64,000 nt of DNA, taken from NCBI GenBank assembly GCA_951406725.2, contig OX597839.1:10106001-10170000 (forward strand), given 5' to 3'. Position 1 is the first letter of the stretch, and each line of letters begins with the position of its first letter. This DNA is from Octopus vulgaris (taxonomy: Eukaryota). Positions 13,685 to 27,193 of the stretch are shown one piece after another. The translations under genes were made by a program, and so were the position numbers. Under the pieces are notes generated by a model, which worked only from the letters and a program-made list of their open reading frames with translations, did not search any database and was not told the DNA's origin.

Positions 13685-16600
13685 GTATATATATGTATGT
13701 ATGTATATATGTCTATATATATATATGTGTTTGTGTGTGTGTATATATATATATATATTTATATAAAAATTCAAAGGTAAAAGTTATCAGAATAATTTAT
13801 AGCAGTGGTGAGCATATGTAATACAAGTCAGAAAACATCCATATTTTTATAATATAGGAATGTATAAAAATGTATACACAGCCCTAAAAAGGACAGTCAA
13901 ATCCCAACCTACGAAAAAAATTTTTTTACCAATGTCTCATTGCTTGTAAATGAGATGGACACTTGAATGATCAAATAAATGAATTAATTAGCGAATCACT
14001 TGATTAATTAACAATCTGTGGCTCAACAGTAGAGTCAGTTGAACATGTATAATTACGAAACTATAATATGTACGGAAAACAAAGTAAACGCGTTCGCACT
14101 TAGTTCCATCTTTATACATCAAGAATTCAAATTGAATGTCCTCAAGCAGTGTGCCGAGTCAGAATAGTACAGCAGTGAATAAATTCAGTTGCATATTATC
14201 TGGCTAAAGAATTGAAATATTTAACTATATAAATACAACTGTCCTTTTTAGCATGTAAGATGTCCACATGGTGGTCTTCTCTCCATGTATAAATTTTTAT
14301 ACACTCTTATATATATATATATCATCATCATCATCGTTTAATGTCCGCTTTCCATGCTAGCATGGGTTGGACGGTTCAACTGGGGTCTGGCAAGCCCGAA
14401 GGCTGCACCAGGCCAGTCAGATCTGGCAGTGTTTCTACAGCTGGATGCCCTTCCTAACGCCAACCACTCCGAGAGTGTAGTGGGTGATTTTATGTGCCAC
14501 CGACACAGGTGCCAGACGAGGCTGGCAGACGGTCACGCTCGGATGGTGTTTTTTATGTGCCACTGACACAGGTGCCAGACGAGGCTGGCAGACGGCCACG
14601 CTCGGATGGTGTTTTTTTTATGTGCCATATATTTATATATGTATGTATATATGTGTGTATATAGGAAAATTGAATTAGGGAACAAACACTTGGGTTGTTG
14701 TTAAACCATTTATATCTTGAAGTCTTCTCCATATGTTTCGATGAATACATTCCCAAAATGTCTGGCAGGATCAATTAAGATCAGTAATGCATCAATCTCA
14801 TCAGGAAGGATAAAAAACTTGACCCATCAAACAGACATGTTAACAGAAATAGAAAGTCATTTAAAATGTAATGTATTTATATTCATATGCACACCTGTGT
14901 ACACATGCTCATTATGCTACATGTAAACATAAACATATGCATACAAAGAAAAACAAGCTTATATAAACACATATACATCCACATGTATTAATATACATAC
15001 ATATACACATAAATATATATATATATATGTATATATACACACACATATTTTTATATATAAACATATACATAAATATGTACATATGCATACACACATATAT
15101 TCAAATTCATACATACATAGGGTAGAAATATACTCACACACATATGCATATATATCTACACATATCTGAATCCTCCTTTGGTCACGACACTGATCATGGG
15201 ATTGCACCTAGAAAGTTATCCTCCCAGGCACAAGTCCGGGCAAGGTTGCTTTATTGAAGACCAGCAGTCGCCCATGCATACCGGCCTCCCCTCTCCACGC
15301 TACCAGTGTTATCCAAGAGTAAGGCAAGGGCCGATACAGCTTGGCACCTGTAACGTTGCAACTCATTTCTACAGCTGAGTGAACTGGAGCAACGTGAAAT
15401 AAAGTGTCTTGCTCAAGAACATAACACGCAGCCCGGTCTAGGATTCGAGCTCACAACCTCACGATTGTAAGCTCGACGCTCTAACTACTGAGCCATGCGC
15501 CTTCTACACATATACATATTCTCACAACAATGACATAGAAACATACTTATGCTAAAATATACGTATACGATCACATACTTATACACATAAACAAACGATC
15601 GTACATACACAAGAGAATACACATTGCAAAGCATTGATAGACCCAAACACATAATTGTATACATATACACACACTTAAGCACTTATACATATATTTTGTC
15701 TGCCGTTACGTTCTGAGTTCAAATTCCGCTGAGGTTGAATTTGCCTTTCATCTTTTCGGGGTTGATAAATTAAGTACCAGTTATGCACTAGGGTCGATGT
15801 AATCGACCTAATCCATTTGTCTGTCCTTGTTTGTCTCTTCTATGTTTAGCCCCTTGTGGGTAATAAAGAAACACATATACATTATTGTTCATTCACAAAA
15901 TACTTACATACAAACAGGGGACGCTAGGAATTTAAAATGACATTATTGAAACAAACTAGGTATTGTGAGAGGAGAAGATGTATTGAAAGATTGGGAGGGG
16001 GAAAAGAAAGGATAAAACAAAGTAAAAAAAAAAAGAGTGGGGAGAGGAACAGGCGAGTTGTAAATATAAAAACATGCATAAAAAGAAAAGGAAATAGGGG
16101 GATAGAGGGGAAACTATTGGAAGAAAGCTGGAAGAAAAACTAAAATAAAATTTACAGAAATTATTATTAGGTTATGGGAAGAAATTATTTGAGTGTGTAT
16201 TTGCGTGTGTGCATATGAATATAAATGTTACATTTTATAGGAATTTCTATTTCTGTTAACATGTTTTGTTTGATGAGTGTTGTTATTTATGGCCTTCCTG
16301 ATGAGATTGATGCATTGCTGACCATAATTTATCCTGTCGGACATTTTTTTGCGCACACCTGTGGATACATATGTGTATGCCCCCATGCATGTCTACATAT
16401 GCACACAAACATATACATCTACGTATACAATTATTTCTCGTATATCTGTGTATGTGTGTGTGTGTGTAAAATATAATCCTTCATCATGTGTTGACTAGAA
16501 AATAGTCCAATATTGAGGTATATAAGTCTTGTAAGGGAAAAAGTGGGCATTACTAAGCATGATCTTTCTATCCTCCATCTCCATACCTTACTCCCCCCTC

Positions 16601-17716
16601 GTCCACACTAATTCTGTGTTCTCTCTCTCCACAGCTTGTACCACCTCTCAGTATGTTACATAATCCAATGAACTGTGTGGTCACCAAATTTGTCCGTACC
16701 TCAACCAACAAATTCAGATGTCCAATCTTTGTCTTAACGGTATGTAATATTTTATATTTTCACTTGTCTACTGTATATTCTCACCTTCTCTTAATTTAAA
16801 AGCTTTCATTGTTTTTTTTTTAATCATGTTTAATTATCCTTATCTTTTTCTGTGACCAAATTTTTAATATTTTAATATTTAAGAAAGTGCTAAGCTGGCA
16901 CAATCACTACTGTGGATTTGGATTGCTGATCCCTCTTTTGTATCCACATTATGCAAACTTTCCTCCCATGTGTTCTCTGCAACAAAAGAGGCTTGGCAGT
17001 GCCACTATGGAAGGTTATGTAGAGTCACTAACTGCAAATGAACCATCATCCATGTGAACACACTTCTCTGCCATAACATCACAATTTTCCCTGGCACACT
17101 GTCTTGCAAGCCAAAATGTTTCAAGTCTCTGGTCCTCATGCTGTAAGACATTGGCAAAACTTCTTTTCTGCTTCTTTTTCGGAACAGCCTGCTTGTGATA
17201 TTTACGTACATGTGACTGAGTATCTACAGACGCATGTACCCATAACATAGTTCTCGGGAAGACTCAGTGTGACACAATGTGACAAGGTTAGCCCTTTGAA
17301 ATATAAGTACAACTTATTTTTACCAGCTGAGTAGACTGGAGCAATGTGAAATAAAGTGTCTTGCTCAAGAACACAACACACTGCCAGTAACTGAACTCCT
17401 GACCTTGTGATCATGAGCCAAATACGCTAATCACTAACCATGTAACTTCATCTATATATCACAAGCTGTGGATTAAGCTTCTTGATACTCAAAACGGAGA
17501 ATGCAATGTTATGGGAGCTTAACGGAGTCATGTGAACCATTGTCATAAGACAAAAGCAGAAACTCTCTGAAAATATCGAAATTTATTTTATAAATACAAT
17601 TTGGAATCAGTCACAGCATGTTACTGGGTGTTCCTTCAGACAAACTTCAATGAAAATTCTTTCAGTTTCAATCAAATCACTTATCTCATTATGTACATTA
17701 TATATGTATGTGTGTT

Positions 17717-17751
<35 letters not shown>

Positions 17752-20700
17752 ATATGAAGTTAATAAAAGAAAATGGAAAAGAAATATAGTGGATACTTAA
17801 TTAATTTTATTTGTATCATGATGAAAAAGAGTAATACATCATCACACCTCACTCCTCCCTCCTCCATTCTAATTTCCATAGACCATTCAAATTTTAAATT
17901 ATAATATTCAAAAATTCTCATGCTAACTTATCCCAAATTTATTCAATAATCTATAATATTTATTTCATTCTTAAATGGAATATACATATATTCCACTATT
18001 ATACACTTATAACCATTATAATTACCCTTTTGTTTTCAATAATTTACTTCATCAGCCTCTATTTATATTTTTTCCCCATGTAACCCCTAGTTTTTAAAAA
18101 AATACTATTGCTATGACTTTTTATCTTTTGTTTTCTAAAATCTTAACCAACATCGACAACTATTGAAACTTTTAATCTATCTATGTATGCACCTAAAGAA
18201 CTCCACATGTATGTGTATGTATATATATATATATATATATATATGTTTGTGTGTATGTCTCCAGACACACATCTATTTATATACACCCACACATATACAA
18301 ACATATTAATTTCTGTGTAGCTGTGATTTTGTGCATATTTGCTTGTGTAAACCTCTGTTTGGTAAAATAAATGAAAATCTAATTTTGTGTTTTATTCAGT
18401 GGACACCTGAAGGAAGGCGTTTAGTAACTGGTGCTTCCAGTGGGGAGTTCACTCTGTGGAATGGTCTTACTTTCAATTTTGAAACCATCCTTCAGGTAAG
18501 GAAAAGACGTTTTATGCTACTACCCCCCCCCCACACACACACACTCTACTACTACTACAACAATTGTTAGCCATATCAGCTTGCTATATTGCTGGGCCAT
18601 TTGATGTCAAGTTGCATGCGCATACACACGCATAGGTGAGGGTTGGCAGTAGGAAAGGCATCTGTCTGTAGGAAAAATCTGCCTCAAAAAAGCTCCATCT
18701 GACCAATGTACGCATGGAAATCTGGATGTTAAATGATATTATACGAAACAAGCATTTTTGCCACATAGTGGAATTGAACCGGAAACCATGTGGTTGGAAA
18801 GCAAACTTCTTAATCACACAGCTTTACCTGTACCTATATTGTCACAGAAAAAAAATGGGACAGTGATTATGTCAAGAATACTTTTCATCATTAGGTTAAC
18901 TATGTGAAGTCCCCCTCATCAAATACTCTCCATAAGGAGACCTAGTAGCCCCCTTGATGTTGATATGGTCCAGGAAGGAATGGAAATGCTTTGTTCTTTG
19001 ATCTTTCCCTTCAGTTTCACAGAATATAGTTTACTGTTTGTATTTAAACCATACACAGTCCTCTTTTTTTTGAAGATTTTCTGTGTTAACCTTTTAACAT
19101 TCAGATATTACTCTGTCAAATATAATGCTTATTTATTCAAAATGTTTTCACTCAATCCTGCATTGTCTTGTAAGCTTCAAAATTTCAACAATGCAGTTAT
19201 TTTTAGACTGACATTGTAGGGTAAGTGTAAGAGACCAGACTTGCTTTGTTTGAACATAAATCAGATAGAATATTTGGGCTGGACATGGCGAGTTTAAATG
19301 TTAAGGGATTAAAACCAAGCTGAATGGTCACAGCTGGGATGTTTTCCATCATAATAGGGGCTGCTGGATCAGGACTGTATTGGGACTACTATTAGAGCAT
19401 TTTCCTTTCTTAATGCATATGCAGATATCCAAATGTATGAAAATTAACCCACTTTCATCATGTAGAACGTGTATGTATATATGTATATATGATGTCTTAC
19501 ACTGGTGGTTCTCAACTTCATCCACATGACCCTTGGTGGGGATGAGGTCCATATAAGATTGTTAAAATTCATGTTATAAATTGCTTATACTTCTATTATA
19601 CACAAAATATTTTAATCTTTTTCATACAAGTCCTAATAGTATTTAATGAAAATACAGTATGATTTTTTTTTTATATACATTGAATGGCTATGGTAGTCCA
19701 TTAGAATGAACCAGGAATCAAAGGGGTCTGTAGGCAAAAAATGATTGAGAACTACTGTTTTAGACTATATCTGTATGTTTGTATGTATATATCTGTGTAT
19801 GTGTGTAATTGCATAATTATGGAATCTTCCCTTTCTTCTTTGTTACTAGGCACATGATACATCAGTGCGTGCCATGGTGTGGAGTCACAGCGACACTTGG
19901 ATGGTTACTGCAGATCATGCTGGTTATATAAAGTACTGGCAATCTAACATGAATAATGTAAAGATGTTTCAGGGCCATAAGGAACCAGTTCGAGGTATCA
20001 GGTACGCTACACGGAGTCCACAACTGGCCTGGGCAGGCAGTAGTAGGAACGCTCTTACCTTCATTTCTGAAATTATTGGCACCATCTTCTGTGCCTTTTT
20101 TAATGTTGTTGCAGTTTATTTAACCATTACTAGATCTCAGGGTTCTTCTGTTGATGAAAAACTATTAATGTATGGTGAAGACATCCTAGATTCTGGCTAA
20201 AGTTTGTGAGTTACTGTAGCAATTTGGATTTTGTCTGTTTGGTCCAACTGTTCAGATAGCATGTGTGTTTAATAACCTTGAGTTTACTCTTACATGCTCC
20301 TCTGATTTGGTTGACATACTGGGTCCAGTCTGGTCTGGTTACTGTTTGGACATTGCAAATTTATGGGTTGCTGGATCTGAATGATGGTCACTGCTACATG
20401 TTCATGGATCATTGGGCCCGGATATAGTAGCGGTGGCCTCTGCTACATGTCTGGATTACTGGGCCTGAATGTTGCATAGGTGGTCATTGCTTCATGTTTA
20501 TGGATCAGTAGGCCTGAATGTGGTAGTGGTGGTCACTCATATATTTATCGATCATTATACCTGAACATGGTGGTGACAGTGGTCATTACAACAAGTTTAG
20601 AGTGAGGCCGTTATCTCCAGGTGTAGTTGCTGGTGTGATGTAATGACTTGCGACATGTCTTGGGTATTTAAAAACTTGCAGGGCCCATTCCTCTTCAGTT

Positions 20701-23700
20701 GGCTTCTTATGAGGTGAAAGTAGGTGAGAAAAATGAGCGACATCTTTCTCTTTTTCCTACCCTCTTTCATCTCATGAAATCTACTCCAATACCAGACTGG
20801 TAATTTATTTATCAACTCTGAAAGGACAAAAAGCAAAGTTAACATTGATTGAATTTGAAATCAGAGTACAGAAAGCGGGAATAAAAATTGCAAAGCAATA
20901 AACTATACATAAATGTATCACTGGATCTGAATGTAATGGTGATGGTAACGTCAGCTACTGGTTCTTGATATGGCATTGTAGCTGGCCTACAATATTTTCT
21001 TTTATTTTGCCACAGTCATTAGGCTGCAGCCGTGCTCGGGCACCACCTTGAGGAATTTTAGTTGAACTAATCGACCCCAGTATTTATTTTTTTTTTTAAG
21101 CCCGGTGCTAACTCTACCGGTCTCTTTTGCTGAACCATAAGGTACAAGAACATAAACAAACCGACACTGGTTATCAAACAGCGGTGGGGGACAGACACAA
21201 AGATACACACATGCACACATATACAATGGGCTTCTTTCAGTTTCTACTAAATTGGCTTTTGTTGGCCCAAGGTTATAATAGGAGACACTTGCCCAAGGTG
21301 CCATGCAGTGGGACTGAACTCATTGCCATGTGGTTGGGAAGCAAACTTCTTACCACACAGCTATGTCTGCATCTTTATTCTTTCATTCCTTAGTCTATTA
21401 AGACTGATGCAGTGTTTTCTTTCATATTCTGACACTCATCAGCATTTAATATCCACTTTTCCATGCTTGCATGGGCCAGGTGGGATTTGTTTGGGGAAGT
21501 GAGTTTTTTTTAAAGACCTGAATGCCCATCCTCTTAACCAATTTTTGTTTCCAAGCAAGAAAATATTTCTCATGGCCAGGCATCTTTTTCACAGAAGACT
21601 AGAAGCAAACATTGCTTGTATGCTCATTTACAACCACCATGCGATGTCATGACTAGGGTGCACACACACACACACACACATTTACGAAAGCCCACTACTA
21701 TATGGGCTTTCATGGTTTCCTTCTATCCACAAAGCTAAATTTTTGAGGGCTAAATCTATTTAATTTAAATGTTACCAGCCCTGTCACATATATATGTTGG
21801 TTCTGCAAGGAGATTATTATTATTATGATGTCTTAGTTTAACTCTTTCGTTACCAACCTGGCTGAAACTGGCACTGGCTCTGAGTACAAATGTCTTGTTT
21901 TCATAAGTTTTGAATCAAAATCTTCCACTAAACCGTAGTCACAATTTATGTTCCTAACACTACCTAAATGATAACTAAGTTATTTTACTAAATTCTTTGT
22001 TTTATTTAAAGTAATTGAGCGAAACACAGAGTATCTCAAAATAAATACAGTAACAAATGGGTTAATGTCTGTGGAATAGTCAGGCAGTTAAACTATTATA
22101 CGAGGTAGGCCAATGGTTCTCAACGGGGTCCATATAACTCGGGGGAAGGGGGTCCATGTAAAATTTAAAAATTAAATGCAATAAAATTGGTTATATTTCT
22201 ACAATACACAAAATATTTCAATGTCTTAAATACAATTCCTAATAATCAGTTATAAAGATATTTACTCTTTTACTTGTTTCAGTCAATTTGACTGTGGCCA
22301 TGCTGGAGCACCACATTTAGTTGAACAAATCGACCCCAGGACTTATTCTTTGTAAGCCTAGTACTTGCTCCATTGGTCTCTTTTGCCAAACCGCTAGGTT
22401 ACGGGGACGTAAACACCAGCATCGGTTGTCAAGTGATGTGGGGGGGGGGGGCAAACAAACACACACACACACACACACATGTATATATATATATATACAT
22501 ATACACGACGGGCTTCTTTCAGTTTCTGTCTACCAAATCCACTCACAAGGCTTTGGTCGGCCTGAGGCTATAGTAGAAGACACTTGCTCAAGGTGCCACG
22601 CAGAGGGATTGAACCCGGAACTATGTGGTTGGTAAGCAAGCTACTTACCGCACAGCCACTATAGGATTTTTGAAACATTGAATGACTGTGGGGTCCAGTA
22701 GAGTAAAATAGGAATCGAAGGGGTCCATAGGTAAAAAATGTTCGAGAACCACTCAATCTGTCCCCATAATTCATAAAGCAATTTTGTAGTGTAGATTCTG
22801 CCCAAAGATTACATTAAATTTACAAAGTGTTTGTGTATGTTCAGCACCTTACACTTTAATACAATGAGTAGGTAGTTCTATTGATTGAACAACTGGAACA
22901 TACACCAAAACTGATGTATAACCCACCCATCATAGAAAGTAGATTATTTTCTAAAGATAAAATAACTGTTTAACTATTGTGAGTGTTAAAACTGAAATAG
23001 GGATCTATGCTGTTCTTTTGGGTAACTTATTTACTATATTGAAAAAGCACAATTCTCCATTCCTTAGAATTTGAAATTTGGGATGTCTGAATCCTCTCTA
23101 GGTTATTGTCTTATTTTCGAAACTATGTTATTTTTATTCCATTTCAATTAAACTGCACTGGCATTAATTATGTATATGTATTTTTTTTTTTAATTCAATT
23201 TAATCTTCATCTTTATTTACTAATTAAATAAAGTTGTTTTTTTTTTTCTTCTCCTCTTAACCCTAACCCTCTTCCATTTGCTCAACTAATAAACTTAAAA
23301 TCTGGGTTTGGCCCCTATTCCATGCTTTGCCATAATACCACTTCAATAAAGCTGCTTCCTTTCTCTGTTATCAATAAAGTTGATATCGTATATATTTGTG
23401 TGTATGTGTGTGTGTATATATATATATTTGTGTATATATCCCTTTCAAAGATGATGCGTTATAGATGTGCAAAGAATTTGGTTGCCTTTATGATTTAGAT
23501 TTATATATTTCTTGTAAGAAAGTTTTCTAATTTCATTAGATATGCAATGTGTGTGTTTATGTTTATCTCTCTGTATGTGTCTGTCTGTGTGTATTTGTGT
23601 TTTAACACAATACATTAAACTAACCTACTTTTAATGATTTATCAAATTAGGTCATGTTATATTTTGCCTTATTTAATTCTTCAATAGAGATGAAAAGATA

Positions 23701-26700
23701 TTGTGTTGTTTATTCACATCTGGGTCTAAACCAGAGTGATCCTTGTTGTGAGTTTCTGGGAACTAATCAGGTGTCTCTGCTATTCTATTAAGAGTTATTT
23801 CTTTGGCTTTACAATCTTATTTTTTTCATTGTCTAGTTTCCATTTTCTCTGTTAATCACATCGAACTCCATTACTTTACTGAAAAGAATTTTAGCAAGAC
23901 CTCTCTGCTTAGTTATATAAAGCAGCATAGCATTCTCACATAACTTTGCTTGTGTATTGTTGGTCATACAAGATACCATTCCCCCACTTTACACCAAAAA
24001 TTGGTTAAATGTTTCTTCTTAATCACAAGAGAGTACCGTTGAATTTTAATATCAGTTAGATTAATTTAAGTAAACTATATCATATACAGTATTATATACT
24101 GATCAGTTAACTACTAGCCAAGCTAATTTTAACTATACCAAGTGCATCATATTATATTACAGTTTTCTCTGCTCACATAAATAAACTAGTCTTTAAACTA
24201 TTGGATATTATTAGTAGTTGCGATATGAAGTTAGATTACCCCAGGTTTATTGGACTTAACATAAAGTTTATGTAATATAAGTTTGTTTCAACTGTATTTA
24301 CTAAATTTTGTTATTAATTTAAACAAGATTCTCTAGATTTATCTAAGTGTAAGATTATTTTGATCAGTGAAAACTGGTACTCTTTCAGTTAGATGATGAG
24401 TGTTCCAGTTGGTGTGATCAGTGGAACAGCCTGCTTGTGAAATTATTGTGCAAGTGGTTGAACACATGTACCGTTAATGCAGTTCTCAGGCGGATTTAGC
24501 ATGACCCAGAATGTGGCAAGGCCGACCCTTTGAAATACAGGTACTACTCGTTTTTGCCAGCTGAGTGGACTAAAGTGTTTTGCTCAAGGGCACAATGCAA
24601 TATCAGGTATCAAACTCATGACCTTACATTCATGAGCTAAATACCTTGACCACTCAGCCACATGTATAGAGCAGGGAAATAACTCAGAAAAAACAAGGAT
24701 TTAAATGTTAATTTGGTTTTTGAGTAGGAGGAATGTTTGATAGTTGCAAACTCTTACACCTCATCCATTTTCAACTGTTTCTTACTTTCTTGACGTTGTA
24801 AGACTGGTCAGCGAAGGGTGTTTTGTGATTTTGTTGTTTGTATGGGACAAATCACAAAAATACCCAGAAAATACACAAGTTAACTTAAAAGATATTAGTT
24901 ATCTTGTACAAAATTGGTTGACAGATAATAGTTGTCTTATAGAGAATTGACTGAGAGGTGCTAGTTGTTATCTTGTAGATAATAACTGCTTGGTAAATGG
25001 CAATTATAGAATGGAATATTTATATTCTATATGTGTTGTCTTCTCTTGACTACATTCACCCCAAAGATTGGTTGTAATGCTGTAAGACTTAGATAAATGT
25101 CTCTTTATTCAAAGTAGTGAATATTGTTTGTCTTTAAATCTCTGAACTCTTTTAACTACAAGGGAGTTGGTTTCTATGTTGCTCTTATTTAATTTGCATC
25201 TTAGTCAATATCAGTTATATTCAATATCAGTTATATTGCTACCTAATATGTCTGTTGTCACTCATGTCTGTTGTCAGAGTTGAACTTGTTTTCAGCCTTG
25301 TAGACTGTGCTGTCCAAGAACATGACACAAACTGTTGTGATGTGCATAAGCAATAGTCCATTACTTTGCATCTTGTTTTGAGTTATGGTTGGTCAGAATT
25401 TTCTCTGTAAACATGTTCAGCTATGTCTTTCTGCTGGTCTTATATCTTGTATTGTTTCTATTTCAAATACTAATGGTACAGGAGAAGGTTGATTCATAAG
25501 CTACAACATTCACAGAAATAGATCAGTCTTCATTTTTTTTTGTTTTTGTTTTTTTGTTCCCCTCTGAATATTTTAGGGAATTCAATGATTACATTTTTTT
25601 AAAAATAGGTCACATGTCTGATCCTTCTGACATAACTCTTTTTCTTTTATTCTTCCACAAAATTTTATCTATATTTTGCTCTGCAAATTTCTGAATCTCT
25701 GTTAGTGGCATGGCCCTTAGTATTGATTCCCAACTTAAGTTGCCAATTTAACTTTGAGGAAAAAAAAAAAAGAAAAGGAATGAATGTCAACTCTTCAACT
25801 TGCTATTTTTTTTAATATATATAATACTTTTTATAATACATCTTTGATCTTGTCCCAGAATAGAATCTCCAGGAAAACAATCCCATTTAATCCCTTATGT
25901 TTAACCCTTTAACATTTAGGTTACTCTGACAAATAATATTAAGCTTATTTTATCATATTGTTTTGAATTAATCATGCATTATATCATAGCTTGAAGATTT
26001 TGATGATCTAATTGTATATTTTTATAATGACATTGTAGTGTAGGTATGAGAGGTTGGATCTGGCTAGTTTGAACATTAAACAAGTAGGATATTTTGGCTG
26101 GATATGGCCAGTTTAAATGCTAAAGAGTTGAACTGGGTATGTGATATGACAACAGTGGTGATGATGTTGAGGAATAAGTTTTATATTTCATTGTCCTGAA
26201 CTTTAAGTTTTTACTGAACTGAAACAGGTGGATACTCTTGACACATTTCTTAGACATTTTAAGAAACCTTCATCTTATTTGAACTAAGAGTTGCTAATCG
26301 ATGTTTGCATATCCTGCTGCTTGTTTTTTTTCCTTTTTTTTTTCTTTGGCTTTTCATCTTTACCCTGCCCTTGTCCCAGTGGGCATCTTATTAATGATAA
26401 AGAGGAATATATATATCCACGTGAAACTGAAATTGCTCTTTCAATAAACACATTCGTTCATCCTGTCAGAATGATTACCTGTCTTACTCTGTATGTTTGT
26501 GCATGTTCGCATACACCTATAAATATTATATATATATAATATCGACTTTTGAAAAAGTCTATAAATGCAAAAAATACGAATTCAATGAAAATGTTAAAAA
26601 AAAAAAAAAATTTGATTTAATAAATATAAAAAACAACAACCAAATCAATGTTAATGAAAAGGGATATTATTGGCCTGTTTACACTTTCTGTTTCTATGGC

Positions 26701-27162
26701 AACAACTTAGTATCACTGGCAACAGTATCAGTAGCCGAACAATTTGTATATATATTCATATACATACATATATATATATATATCAATAAAATAAAATTTT
26801 TGCCCCTCTCCCACATGATTATTATGATTGATTATTATTATTATTTGTAAGATTAAATAAAAATAAGAAAAATAAATAAATACCTTTTTTCTTACGTAAT
26901 AAAGATAAGATTTCTTAATAAAAATAATTTGGTAAAAGTAAGCCATTTGTATCTGTTGTCTTTATTTTCACGACAACTCTCATACGTGTATGACTAACTT
27001 GTCCATCTGTTTCCTCTTTAGAAAGGGTTTGTCTGGCAGGTTTCAGGGGAGTTGTTTCTGGTGAGGGAGGTAATAACACACATACCATTACCTTCTTTTT
27101 ATAAACGATCTCAAAAAGGATGTTTAACTGCTTTCTCCATCTGCAAGTGTAGATATCTCTGC

Positions 27163-27193
<31 letters not shown>

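Noticed and set aside
11382-13821. Long ORFs of up to 385 aa rich in Y/I/H/T/M/C/V
   Set aside because: They are translations of TA/TG microsatellites, which lack stop codons.
20880-20902. Two AATAAA nearest the read-through stop
   Set aside because: They lie in a decayed SINE remnant with poor downstream context, so they are not called as a site without data.
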